Shown in pieces: positions 27,591 through 36,654 of a stretch of DNA of 36,654 bases. The stretch is taken from assembly GCA_046538645.1 (NCBI GenBank), contig JBKHIL010000001.1:1-36654 (forward strand), written 5' to 3'. The translations under genes and the position numbers were made by a program. The notes beneath the pieces are model-generated. The model made no database searches. It was not told where the DNA came from and saw only the letters and a program-made list of their open reading frames with translations. This stretch comes from Desulfovermiculus sp. (lineage in GTDB: Bacteria; Desulfobacterota; Desulfovibrionia; Desulfovibrionales; Desulfothermaceae). Every line of letters begins with the position of its first letter. Positions within the stretch are counted from its first letter, which is position 1.

Positions 27591-28841
27591 ATGCACCAGA
27601 TCAGCAAGATCAAAGGGTTTACCGACCTCATATGGCCTGAAGTGTCAAAATACACGTACATGGAAGATACGGCCAGAGCAGTTTTCTCCGCTTACGGCTA
27701 TCGGGAGATCCGGGTTCCGGTTCTGGAGAAGACCGAGCTCTTTGCCCGGAGCATCGGTGAAGAAACTGATATTGTTCAAAAAGAAATGTTCACCTTTCCA
27801 GACCGCAAAGGCCGGCTGCTCACTTTGCGGCCGGAAGCCACAGCCGGAGTTGCCAGGGCCTACCTGGACAATGCCATGTACTCCCGGGAGCAGACCACCA
27901 AAGTGTTTACCTTCGGGCCAATGTTTCGGTACGAACGTCCGCAGAAGGGCCGCCAGCGCCAATTCCACCAGGTCAATGCTGAACTTTTCGGCACCCACTC
28001 CCCGCAGGCTGACGCTGAACTCATTGCAATGCTCTGGCGCTATCTGCACCAGCTCGGACTGGCCAATCTGGAGCTCCACCTCAACTCACTGGGCTGTCCC
28101 CAGTGCCGGCCTGATTTTTCCCGCCGCCTGCAAAAGTTCCTGGCTACTCAGCCAACCCAGGATTTGTGCCCGGATTGTCAGCGCAGACAGCATACAAACC
28201 CTTTACGCATCCTGGATTGCAAGGTCCCGGGCTGCCAGAAAACCGCCGAACAGGCACCAAAGATCGGAGAGCACCTCTGCGCACAGTGCCAGGCCCACTT
28301 TGACTCGGTCCAAAAGGTATTGCAGGCCTGCGCTATTCCTTACGTCCTTGACTCCCGCCTGGTGCGAGGCCTGGACTATTATCAGCGGACCACCTTTGAG
28401 GTCATATCCAGAGATATCGGAGCGCAATCATCCGTAGCCGGCGGTGGCCGTTACGATGGACTCGTGCAGCAGTTGGGAGGTCCATCCTGTCCAGGCATCG
28501 GATTTGCCTGCGGTATGGAAAGACTGGCTTTGCTCATGGATTATCCGCAGGAATCAGGCCCGGATTTCTACCTGGCTGTTCTTGATCCGGCCGCCCTGGA
28601 TCAGGGTCAGATTCTGGCCCTTGAGCTTCGAGAGCACAAACTTCATGGGGAGGTCAGCTTTGAAGCCAGAGGTCCGAGATCCCAACTGCGCTTAGCCAAT
28701 AAACTCAAAGCCCGCTTTTGTCTCTTGCTGGGCACAGAAGAATTGAAGAACAAGACCATTGTGGTCAAGGACATGCAAAGCGGCGATCAACGTACCTGCT
28801 CTCAATCTGAGCTGGGGGCAGCCCTTGGCGTCAGCTCATAA
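27591..28841 (+). CDS. hisS: Histidine--tRNA ligase
   Basis: [45 protein letters not shown]. Confidence 0.97.
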   Translation: MHQISKIKGFTDLIWPEVSKYTYMEDTARAVFSAYGYREIRVPVLEKTELFARSIGEETDIVQKEMFTFPDRKGRLLTLRPEATAGVARAYLDNAMYSREQTTKVFTFGPMFRYERPQKGRQRQFHQVNAELFGTHSPQADAELIAMLWRYLHQLGLANLELHLNSLGCPQCRPDFSRRLQKFLATQPTQDLCPDCQRRQHTNPLRILDCKVPGCQKTAEQAPKIGEHLCAQCQAHFDSVQKVLQACAIPYVLDSRLVRGLDYYQRTTFEVISRDIGAQSSVAGGGRYDGLVQQLGGPSCPGIGFACGMERLALLMDYPQESGPDFYLAVLDPAALDQGQILALELREHKLHGEVSFEARGPRSQLRLANKLKARFCLLLGTEELKNKTIVVKDMQSGDQRTCSQSELGAALGVSS

Positions 28842-28878
28842 CGCATGGAATAAAAAAAGGACACAAAGAGACCCTCAT

Positions 28879-30678
28879 ATGCCTGATATGAAAGCTTCAG
28901 ATCTGCTCACCGGCCTTGGTGGCTGGCAGCGCACTCATCACTGCAGTCAGCTTTCTTCAGCTGATATCGGCCGCCAGGTATGTCTCATGGGCTGGGTACA
29001 ATACAGACGAGACCACGGAGGACTGATTTTTATCGACCTCAGGGACCGCCGCGGCCTGACGCAGGTGGTCTTTTCCCCTGACTCAAACGCCCGGGCCCAT
29101 GCGGAAGCGCATGTTCTACGCACAGAATATGTCCTTGCCATCCAGGGCCTGGTTCGCTTCCGTCCTGAAGGGATGCATAATCCGAATCTGCCCACCGGAG
29201 ATGTAGAAGTGGTGGTTGAGGAATGGAAGCTGCTGAACCGTTCAAAGACTCCACCATTTCTCATCGAAGACCGAATTGATGTCTCAGAAAATCTCCGGCT
29301 TAAATACCGCTACCTGGACCTCAGGCGGTCGCATCTCACCTCCAATATCATTCTCCGTCATAAAGCGGCGCAAAGTGTACGCTCATATCTCAACTCCCAG
29401 GACTTTTTGGAAGTCGAGACCCCGGTTTTGACCCGGAGCACTCCGGAAGGGGCCCGTGACTTCCTGGTCCCGAGCCGGGTGAACCAGGGCCATTTCTTTG
29501 CTCTGCCCCAAAGTCCTCAGCTCTTTAAGCAGCTGCTCATGATGGGCGGCCTGGACCGTTACTACCAGATTGTCCGCTGCTTTCGGGATGAGGACCTGCG
29601 TGCTGACAGGCAGCCTGAGTTCACCCAGATTGATCTGGAAATGTCCTTTGGAGACGAGGAGCAGGTCATGGCTGTGGCCGAAGACATGGTATCCACCATG
29701 TTTCAGGATGTCGCGGGCCGGGTCCTGCCCACTCCTTTTGCCCGCATGACTTATGCCCAGGCTCTGCGCGATTACGGTGTTGACCGCCCGGACACCAGGT
29801 TTGATCTTTTTTTGCAGGATGTGACCCAGGTTGTTCGCGGTTCAGAGTTTCGGCTCTTTGCTCAGGCTGAAATGGTCAAGGCCCTGCGTGTTCCTGGCGG
29901 AGATGTTCTGACCCGCAAAGAAATTGACGACTTAACAGATTTTGTCAAAATTTACGGCGCGCAGGGCCTGGCCTGGATCAAGATCAAGGACACGGAATGG
30001 CAATCGCCTATTGCCAAATTTTTGAGTTCCCAGGAACAAAAAGGTCTTCAGGAAGCTTTAAATCTCGTACCCGGTGATATCGTCTTTTTTCAGGCCGGAC
30101 CGATGGAAATGGTAAATGCTGCCCTGGGCAACCTGCGCTTAAAAATGGGCCACCGCTTTGCTTACATTCCCCAAGATACCTTTGCCCCGGTATGGATAAC
30201 CGATTTCCCGCTTATGGAATGGAACACGGAAGACAAACGCTGGGAGGCCTGCCACCATCCCTTCACCTCTCCCAGGGAAGAGGACATTCACCTTTTAACC
30301 TCCCATCCGGAGCAGGCCAGGGCGAGATCCTACGATCTGGTCATCAACGGAAGCGAGGTAGGCGGAGGCTCCATTCGTATTCACCGTCCAGAGGTGCAAA
30401 AAGAGATGCTACACGCTTTGGGAATTGACGAACAGGAGGCAGAATCCAAGTTCGGTTTCTTGCTGGAGGCCCTCGAGTACGGCCCGCCGCCGCATGGAGG
30501 CATTGCCTTCGGCTTTGACCGCCTGATAATGATCTTAAGCAATGCCTCTTCCATTCGGGATGTGATCGCCTTTCCCAAAACCCAGAAGGGCACCTGCCTG
30601 CTCACAGAGGCCCCAGGGACTGTATCCTCAGCCCAGCTGCGGGAACTGGGACTGCGTTTGCAGCAAACAAACAATTGA
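28879..30678 (+). CDS. aspS: Aspartate--tRNA ligase, probably non-discriminating (Asp/Asn)
   Basis: Start re-called at ATG 28879. [61 protein letters not shown]. Confidence 0.97.
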   Translation: MPDMKASDLLTGLGGWQRTHHCSQLSSADIGRQVCLMGWVQYRRDHGGLIFIDLRDRRGLTQVVFSPDSNARAHAEAHVLRTEYVLAIQGLVRFRPEGMHNPNLPTGDVEVVVEEWKLLNRSKTPPFLIEDRIDVSENLRLKYRYLDLRRSHLTSNIILRHKAAQSVRSYLNSQDFLEVETPVLTRSTPEGARDFLVPSRVNQGHFFALPQSPQLFKQLLMMGGLDRYYQIVRCFRDEDLRADRQPEFTQIDLEMSFGDEEQVMAVAEDMVSTMFQDVAGRVLPTPFARMTYAQALRDYGVDRPDTRFDLFLQDVTQVVRGSEFRLFAQAEMVKALRVPGGDVLTRKEIDDLTDFVKIYGAQGLAWIKIKDTEWQSPIAKFLSSQEQKGLQEALNLVPGDIVFFQAGPMEMVNAALGNLRLKMGHRFAYIPQDTFAPVWITDFPLMEWNTEDKRWEACHHPFTSPREEDIHLLTSHPEQARARSYDLVINGSEVGGGSIRIHRPEVQKEMLHALGIDEQEAESKFGFLLEALEYGPPPHGGIAFGFDRLIMILSNASSIRDVIAFPKTQKGTCLLTEAPGTVSSAQLRELGLRLQQTNN

Positions 30679-30707
30679 GAGAGTCTGAATTTTCTGTTAG
30701 AATTATT

Positions 30708-31208
30708 ATGATTATGGATATAAAGACGTATCCCCATCCCGTGTTGAGCAGGGAGGCGAAGCCGGTGGAAGAGATCACCGACGAGGTCAGGACCCTGGCC
30801 CGGAACATGGTCGAAACCATGTATGAAAAGCAGGGTATTGGCCTGGCCGCCCCCCAGGTGGGTCACTCCTGCTGTTTGATCACTGTAGACATTTCTGGTC
30901 CCGAATCCCGGACCGAACTCAATGTGCTCCTTAATCCGCAGATAGAACATCAGGAAGGAGAGACCGAGTTTGAAGAAGGATGCCTCAGTCTTCCGGAGTT
31001 TAAGAGCAAGATCAAACGGTCGGCCCAGGTCATTGTCACTGGAAGGGATCTTGAAGGCCAGCCCCAGAGGATAGAGGCTGATGGCCTTTTGGCCATATGC
31101 CTGCAGCATGAGATTGACCATTTGCGGGGCACCCTGCTTTTGGACCATGCCAGTCGATTGAAACGAAACCTGTACGAGAAAAAAGTTCGCAAATGGCAGG
31201 GCAGCTAA
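30708..31208 (+). CDS. def: Peptide deformylase
   Basis: GIGLAAPQVG, EGCLS, QHEIDHL; start at 30708 or 30714. Confidence 0.96.
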   Translation: MIMDIKTYPHPVLSREAKPVEEITDEVRTLARNMVETMYEKQGIGLAAPQVGHSCCLITVDISGPESRTELNVLLNPQIEHQEGETEFEEGCLSLPEFKSKIKRSAQVIVTGRDLEGQPQRIEADGLLAICLQHEIDHLRGTLLLDHASRLKRNLYEKKVRKWQGS

Positions 31209-32161
31209 ATGTCATCTTTATGGGCACGCCCGAGTTTGCAGCCACCATTCTCGGGCATCTTCTTCACCGCCCTTTGACAAATATTCAAACAGTTATAACC
31301 CAGCCCGACCGGGTCAGGGGCAGGGGTCGCAAGCTGAGCGCCTCCCCGGTCAAGATCGCGGCTGAAAAGGCCGGACAGTCTGTATGGCAACCCTCCCGAC
31401 TCTCCAGCCAAGACGTACAAGAATATCTGTCTTCTCTAGCTCCTGACTTTCTGCTTGTGGCCGCCTACGGGTTGATCCTTCCGTCCCAGATCCTCAACAT
31501 TGCCCGCTATGGGGCATTAAATGTCCACGCGTCACTTTTGCCCAAATACCGCGGAGCCGCACCAATCCAGCGCGCCTTGGCCGACGGGGAACCAGTGACC
31601 GGAATCAGCATCATGTCCATGCGTCCCGGGCTGGACTGCGGTCCTTTGCTCATGCAGCGGGCCCTGGCTATTGATTTGTATGACACCGCAGCAACCCTGC
31701 ACGACAAGCTGGCCCAACTGGGAGGAGAATGCCTGATCCAGACCCTCAATCGTTTTCAGGAGCTTGATATTATTGCTGTTCCCCAGGACGAAAGCCAAGC
31801 CACCTATGCGCCCAAGCTGAGCAAGGAAGAAGGCAGAGTCATATGGAACCAGCCTGCCCGAAAGGTCCACGACCATATTCGGGCCATGCACCCCTGGCCC
31901 GGGGCGTTTACAAACATTCAACTCTGCTCTGGTTCCAGCCCCTTGACGGTTCATCTTTTTCCCGGACAGATTGGATCGCGGATTCGTCCTCAAACAGCAC
32001 CAGGCACCATTGAGCACAAAGAAAACGATGTCCTGCGCATCGCATGTTCTGATCGTTACTATCTGATCCAGACCATAAAGCCGAGCTCACGGCGGGCCAT
32101 GTCCGCTGCATCCTTTTCGTGCGGCTACCTGACTTCACAGAACCAGGCACGTTTTTTTTGA
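31193..32161 (+). CDS. fmt: Methionyl-tRNA formyltransferase
   Basis: IFMGTPEFA, TQPDR, NVHASLLPKYRGAAPI, TYAPKL, PWPGA. Confidence 0.96.
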   Translation: MAGQLNVIFMGTPEFAATILGHLLHRPLTNIQTVITQPDRVRGRGRKLSASPVKIAAEKAGQSVWQPSRLSSQDVQEYLSSLAPDFLLVAAYGLILPSQILNIARYGALNVHASLLPKYRGAAPIQRALADGEPVTGISIMSMRPGLDCGPLLMQRALAIDLYDTAATLHDKLAQLGGECLIQTLNRFQELDIIAVPQDESQATYAPKLSKEEGRVIWNQPARKVHDHIRAMHPWPGAFTNIQLCSGSSPLTVHLFPGQIGSRIRPQTAPGTIEHKENDVLRIACSDRYYLIQTIKPSSRRAMSAASFSCGYLTSQNQARFF

Positions 32162-32205
32162 TTATCTCTAAATACAGGGACTTCGATCTTCAGGCAGGCC
32201 CACTC

Positions 32206-33051
32206 ATGACCGGTTCCGCATTTCACCGCCACACCCCGCTCAATGATGCCCTTGTGGACACCTTTGAGTCCAAAAAAAGAGTATTCATCGGCCTGCTCTC
32301 TGGAACCAGCCTGCTTGTGGTCCTTCTTTTGGCCCTGGCCTGGCTTATTCCCTATGTCGGACTCTCCGCCGTCCACCCCCTGGCTCCCTGGTTCTTAGGC
32401 GGTCTTTTGCTTCTGACCGCTGCCTTGATCCTCTGGTCCACCTTGGCCCTGATCTTAAATATCCTTTGCAAACGTCCCATTCTTTTCTCCCGAAAAATTC
32501 GGGGCATAACAATCAAATGCTTCCTGCCCCTCATGACCCTGGTGGGCAAAATCATGGGAATTTCTCAGGAAAAGGTCCGGGCATCCTTTATTCAAGTCAA
32601 CAATGAAATGGTGACAGCCGAAGGGAGGCGCTACTCCCCAGATGAGATTCTCCTGCTCATGCCGCATTGCCTGCAGAACAGCCGGTGCAAGTACCGCCTG
32701 ACGTACAATATATCCAATTGCCGCCGCTGCGGGGAATGTCCCATCGCCGGGCTCCTCAGCTTAAGCGAAGAATTCGGAGTTCATCTGGCCATTGCCACAG
32801 GGGGAACCATTGCCAGAAGGATCGTGGTCCAGACCCGGCCCAAAATCATCCTGGCCGTGGCCTGCGAACGGGATCTGGCCTCGGGGATCCAGGATACGTA
32901 TCCTCTCCCAGTGTTCGGCATCCTCAATCAAAGGCCTCATGGCCCCTGCCTGGATACCAATGTGGACCTGGATCAGGTCCGGTACTGGCTGAACTCTTTC
33001 CTCAAAATCAGGGCCACCGTCTCCAGGCATGACCCGGACCTCAGTTCATGA
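32206..33051 (+). CDS. DUF116-family Cys-rich membrane protein
   Basis: Likely start ATG 32206. Two TM helices, then PHCLQ...C, CRRCGEC, ATGG, AVACERDL, GPC..T; ATGA overlap with rsmB. Confidence 0.82.
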   Translation: MTGSAFHRHTPLNDALVDTFESKKRVFIGLLSGTSLLVVLLLALAWLIPYVGLSAVHPLAPWFLGGLLLLTAALILWSTLALILNILCKRPILFSRKIRGITIKCFLPLMTLVGKIMGISQEKVRASFIQVNNEMVTAEGRRYSPDEILLLMPHCLQNSRCKYRLTYNISNCRRCGECPIAGLLSLSEEFGVHLAIATGGTIARRIVVQTRPKIILAVACERDLASGIQDTYPLPVFGILNQRPHGPCLDTNVDLDQVRYWLNSFLKIRATVSRHDPDLSS

Positions 33052-34349
33052 GCGGCAAAAAAGTCCCTTCCGCCCGCACAGCGGCCTTGACGGTCATTGA
33101 TCAGACCCTCCACGGCCTGGAGCTGCAAGCTGCACTCAACCACATATTGATTTCAAAATCCGTCACCGGACCTGACCGTCAACTGACTGCCCAGCTGGCC
33201 TATGGGTATTTTCGCTATCAGCTCAGGCTGGAATTTATCGTCACCAATTTTTTATCCCGCAACAAAAACTCCTTGCCCGGACATATCCTGCGTGCCCTGT
33301 GTCTTGGAACTTACGAGATCTGCTTCTTAAGCCGTATCCCCGACTTTGCCACTGTGCACTGGTATGTTGAGCATATCAAAAGGCATGCAAACTCAGGTCT
33401 GACCAAAATGGCCAACGCCATTCTGCGCCGGGTCTGCCGGGAGAAGGAAGCCCTTTTCAACCGGGATTTCTATGCCCAGGATCACCCAGGCCCGAGCAGG
33501 TTCCTGTCCCGTTATTATGCCTGCCCGGAATGGATCGTAAAGCTCTGCCTGCACAGCTTCTCCATGCTGCAGACCGAGACCCTTTTGGAGCAGAGCATGC
33601 GCCCTCCGCCGGTAGGTTTGCGCCTGAACCCCAGGGTCTCAGACTGGTCCCGTCTCTACGCAAATTTATCAAGTCTGGCACCGGTGGTGGCCCAAACCCA
33701 AAATGGCCTGGCCCTTACATCACCGCCGGATATCAAAATCCGTAAAGCTGAACAGCATGGCCTGCTGACCAGGCAAAGCCTGGCCGCACAAGAAGCCTTG
33801 GACCGGGAAATTCCAGCTGCCTGGCCGCAGCCGGTCTGGGATGCCTGCGCCGGGCGGGGACTAAAGACCGGCCAGTTGCTGGAAAGGGGCTGCTCTCACC
33901 TGTGGGCCAGCGATATCCATCCGCGCAAGGTCCTCACCTGCCAGCAGGAAATTGCCCGGCTTCACCTGCCGGGCATCCCTCTGTTTACTGCTGATGCCAC
34001 CACCCCGCCTCTGGGCCGGACCAGACCCCAAAGCATCCTCCTGGATGTTCCATGTTCAGGTCTGGGAGTGCTCAGCCGCAGACCGGACATCAAGGCCAAA
34101 CGCAGCCCCAAGGATCTTCCGGTTCTTGTAGGCCTGCAAAAAGCCCTGCTCAAATCCTGCCTGATTATCCTCCCCCCCGGCGGACGCCTGGTGTATATCA
34201 GCTGCACCTTTAATCCGGATGAAAATGAAAATCTCATCCATTCCGTTCTCCAAGAGAATCCTGGCCTGGGCCGTCTGCATTCCATCCACCTCCCAGATCC
34301 TGCCAGTCCACTTGGAGAATACTTCTTTTCCGCCTGCATCCGGAACTAG
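33048..34349 (+). CDS. rsmB: RsmB/Sun-family RNA m5C methyltransferase with a NusB-like N-terminal domain
   Basis: NusB-like region (NAILRR), DACAGRGLKT, LDVPCSGLG..RRPD, YISCT..PDENE; conserved def-fmt-rsmB context. Confidence 0.85.
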   Translation: MSGKKVPSARTAALTVIDQTLHGLELQAALNHILISKSVTGPDRQLTAQLAYGYFRYQLRLEFIVTNFLSRNKNSLPGHILRALCLGTYEICFLSRIPDFATVHWYVEHIKRHANSGLTKMANAILRRVCREKEALFNRDFYAQDHPGPSRFLSRYYACPEWIVKLCLHSFSMLQTETLLEQSMRPPPVGLRLNPRVSDWSRLYANLSSLAPVVAQTQNGLALTSPPDIKIRKAEQHGLLTRQSLAAQEALDREIPAAWPQPVWDACAGRGLKTGQLLERGCSHLWASDIHPRKVLTCQQEIARLHLPGIPLFTADATTPPLGRTRPQSILLDVPCSGLGVLSRRPDIKAKRSPKDLPVLVGLQKALLKSCLIILPPGGRLVYISCTFNPDENENLIHSVLQENPGLGRLHSIHLPDPASPLGEYFFSACIRN

Positions 34350-34505
34350 ATCCTGACAAAAAGACTGGACCGAAGACTCCTGGCCCATTACACCGGACAA
34401 CACCTTTCCTGTGTGGCCGTAACATCTTTACATTGTCATAGTTTTCAGGCAGTAATACGTAATACATGTCTTTTTGGCTACAAAATGAGACCAAGGAGGT
34501 TGTGT

Positions 34506-35963
34506 TTGATTCCTGTCCGAAATATGCCTTTGTGCTCTGCTTTCTCTTTTTTTGTGACCAGCATATGCATTGCCGGTTTTCTTGTATTGCCCGCCTCTTT
34601 GCAGGCTGAGTCCCTGCATGCCCAGTGGTATCCAACCCGGCTGGCCCGGATCAGCTCCCTGCAAAAGATCAAGGCCCTGGGAAGGATAACCCTGATCACC
34701 CAAAACAACGCCAACGCCTATTATATGTACCGGGGCGATAAGATGGGTTTTGAGTACGACCTGGCTCAGGCCTTTGCCGAGCACCTCGGTGTTTCCCTGC
34801 ACGTCGTCACCCCGGGATGGAGTCAGATGATCCCGGCTCTGAAAAAAAGGAAAGGCGATTTTATCGCCGCCGGTCTGACAATTACTGAAAACAGGCAAGA
34901 ACATGTCGCCTTTTCCCTTCCCTACATGGATGTGCAGCAAATGGTCATTGTCCACAAAGACCAGTCGGCAATTCAAGGTACAGAAGATTTGAACGGATTG
35001 ACCATTCATGTGCGGGAACACACATCATATGAACAGCGCCTTCAGGAGCTGCGGGATCAAGGCCTTGATGTGCACATTGTGCTCCACAGGGATGTGCCGA
35101 CCGAAGATCTCATCCGCCAGGTAGCGGCAAAAGATATCCCGGCTACTGTGGCAGACAGCAATATAGCGCAGCTCAACCGCCGCTACTTTCCTGAGATCCG
35201 CATGGCTTTTCCCATCTCGGAAAGGCAAAGCCTGGGCTGGGCGGTACGAAAACAAGATCAGGCCCTGCTTCAGGCCATCAACGAGTTTTTGGTTTCCGCC
35301 CAGGACGACGGATCATTTGCCCAAATCTATCACAATTACTATGCGAATGCGGCCATATTCGATTATGTTGATCTCAAAAAATTTCATGAGCGGATTAAAA
35401 CCCGTCTCCCTGACTTTGCATGTATGATCAAGAAGGAAGCCAAAGCGTTCGGATTCGATTGGCGGCTCATTGCTGCTGTGGTCTACCAGGAATCTCACTT
35501 CGATCCCCAGGCCTCAAGCTACACTGGCGTGAAAGGACTCATGCAGGTGACCCTGAACACGGCCCGGGAAATGGGTGTTGCCAACCGGCTGGAGCCTGCT
35601 CAAAGCATCCATGCCGGAGTAAAATACCTTTCCCACCTCTATGACCGGTTCAAGGATATAAATGATCATACCCAAAGGATCCGTTTCGCCTTGGCCAGTT
35701 ACAACATAGGATACGGACATGTCCGGGATGCCCAGCGCTTAGCTCAAAACGAGGGCCTGGACCCCAACAAATGGTCATCCATGACTAAAATCCTTCCCTT
35801 GCTCAGCCAACCCAGGTACTATTCCCAAACCAGGTACGGCTACGCCCGGGGGACCGAACCGGTCCGCTATGTTAAGCGCATATTTTCCTATTATGAGATC
35901 CTACGGCAAAAGGCGGATACATCTCCATCCACTGTCCAGGAAAGTTCGTCAAAGACAAGTTAA
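34506..35963 (+). CDS. mltF: Membrane-bound lytic murein transglycosylase F
   Basis: Probable TTG start at 34506 behind a strong SD (AAGGAGGT). SBP domain (GFEYDLA) plus SLT domain (YQESHF, GLMQ, ASYNIG, YGYARG.EPVRYV). Confidence 0.92.
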   Translation: MIPVRNMPLCSAFSFFVTSICIAGFLVLPASLQAESLHAQWYPTRLARISSLQKIKALGRITLITQNNANAYYMYRGDKMGFEYDLAQAFAEHLGVSLHVVTPGWSQMIPALKKRKGDFIAAGLTITENRQEHVAFSLPYMDVQQMVIVHKDQSAIQGTEDLNGLTIHVREHTSYEQRLQELRDQGLDVHIVLHRDVPTEDLIRQVAAKDIPATVADSNIAQLNRRYFPEIRMAFPISERQSLGWAVRKQDQALLQAINEFLVSAQDDGSFAQIYHNYYANAAIFDYVDLKKFHERIKTRLPDFACMIKKEAKAFGFDWRLIAAVVYQESHFDPQASSYTGVKGLMQVTLNTAREMGVANRLEPAQSIHAGVKYLSHLYDRFKDINDHTQRIRFALASYNIGYGHVRDAQRLAQNEGLDPNKWSSMTKILPLLSQPRYYSQTRYGYARGTEPVRYVKRIFSYYEILRQKADTSPSTVQESSSKTS

Positions 35964-35983
35964 GCGTGGTAACGAGGCTCTCC

Positions 35984-36654
35984 ATGCTGCGACCCCTCTC
36001 CCTTCTCAATAAGTCATTGCCAACGGTCTTTGCGCTGGCATTCGGCCTGGGGCTTCTTTTTTTTGGGACCTTATCCGGGCTGATGGCTGCTGAGCTGCGG
36101 GCCCCGTACACGGTTTCTTTTCAGGATCCTGAGAATTCCGGGCTGATCTCTGAGCTTCGCCAGGTTTCTGCCATTGTCCAGAACCAGGACGATCCTCCGG
36201 CTACAGTGAACCTGGTCAAACGGCGGGCTCAAAATGACCTGCCCCGGATGACCGAAGTGCTTAAGGCCCAGGGCTTTTTTGATGCCCGCATAGACCTTAA
36301 AGTGGATCCTGGCAAGGACGATGATCCGGTCCGGGTTGAGTTTGCTGTCCATCCAGGTCCTGCATATCACGTGCGTGAAGTAAATATCGATCCTTGGCGC
36401 TCGTCTTCACTATCAGATGTAAACCTGCCCTCCCGCCAGGAGCTTAAACTGCCCTCCGGGGCACGAGCCAAAGCCGATGCTGTCCGCAGAGGGAAATCCC
36501 TCCTGCAAAGTAAGCTTCAATCCCAGGGCTTTGTTCTGGCTGAGATAGATTCGCCTGTCCTTCGCCTTCATTCACAGAAAAAATGTGTGGATCTGATCTA
36601 CAGGGTAGATCCAGGACCCAAGGCCCGGTTTGGGCCGGTGGAGATTAAAGGCTT
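35984..36654 (+). CDS. tamA: TamA/Omp85-family outer-membrane assembly protein, N-terminal POTRA region (truncated by the window edge)
   Basis: Not in the ORF track because it has no stop. My translation from ATG 35984 gives a signal peptide, then LKAQGFFDA, V.PGPAY, LQSQGF and VDPGPKARFG.V.IKG, typical of TamA POTRA domains. Confidence 0.75.
   Translation, partial: MLRPLSLLNKSLPTVFALAFGLGLLFFGTLSGLMAAELRAPYTVSFQDPENSGLISELRQVSAIVQNQDDPPATVNLVKRRAQNDLPRMTEVLKAQGFFDARIDLKVDPGKDDDPVRVEFAVHPGPAYHVREVNIDPWRSSSLSDVNLPSRQELKLPSGARAKADAVRRGKSLLQSKLQSQGFVLAEIDSPVLRLHSQKKCVDLIYRVDPGPKARFGPVEIKG

Noticed and set aside
27523-28437. 304-aa alternative-frame ORF over hisS, and other long shadow ORFs (4014-4547, 9946-10659, 11376-11957, 30381-31148, 34428-35021)
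   Set aside because: They overlap well-supported genes, show no motifs, and are typical off-frame or antisense ORFs in GC-rich coding DNA.
36057-36064. T8 tract in the tamA signal-peptide region as a phase-variation site
   Set aside because: The frame is intact, the tract is short and explained by Leu-Phe-Phe codons.

Overview
A dense block of core housekeeping genes. Gene content and protein style suggest a sulfate-reducing Desulfovibrionales-type bacterium (inference). I found no mobile element, prophage, CRISPR array, rRNA or tRNA. In order: a split LysO pair, aspC-serB, topA divergent from era-yggS, rlmB divergent from a LysM lytic transglycosylase, a four-gene 2-oxoacid:ferredoxin oxidoreductase operon followed by aroE, queA, a lipoprotein-coaBC-UDG-like-epimerase-XXXCH string, parA, an antisense CxxC gene, parB, ftsEX, ilvD, a methyltransferase-like gene, mobB-moeA, hisS-aspS-def-fmt-DUF116-rsmB, mltF and a truncated tamA. 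A perfect parS palindrome overlaps the parB stop codon, so the window is probably origin-proximal. The most interesting locus is the partition module: parA and parB are split by an oppositely oriented uncharacterised zinc-ribbon-like gene, with a structured spacer before parB. Also notable are a degenerate uracil-DNA-glycosylase-like protein coupled to coaBC, an orphan XXXCH (cytochrome c'-like) protein, and a hisS leader with alternative hairpins and a His-His uORF. All calls come from reading motifs by eye; no searches were run.
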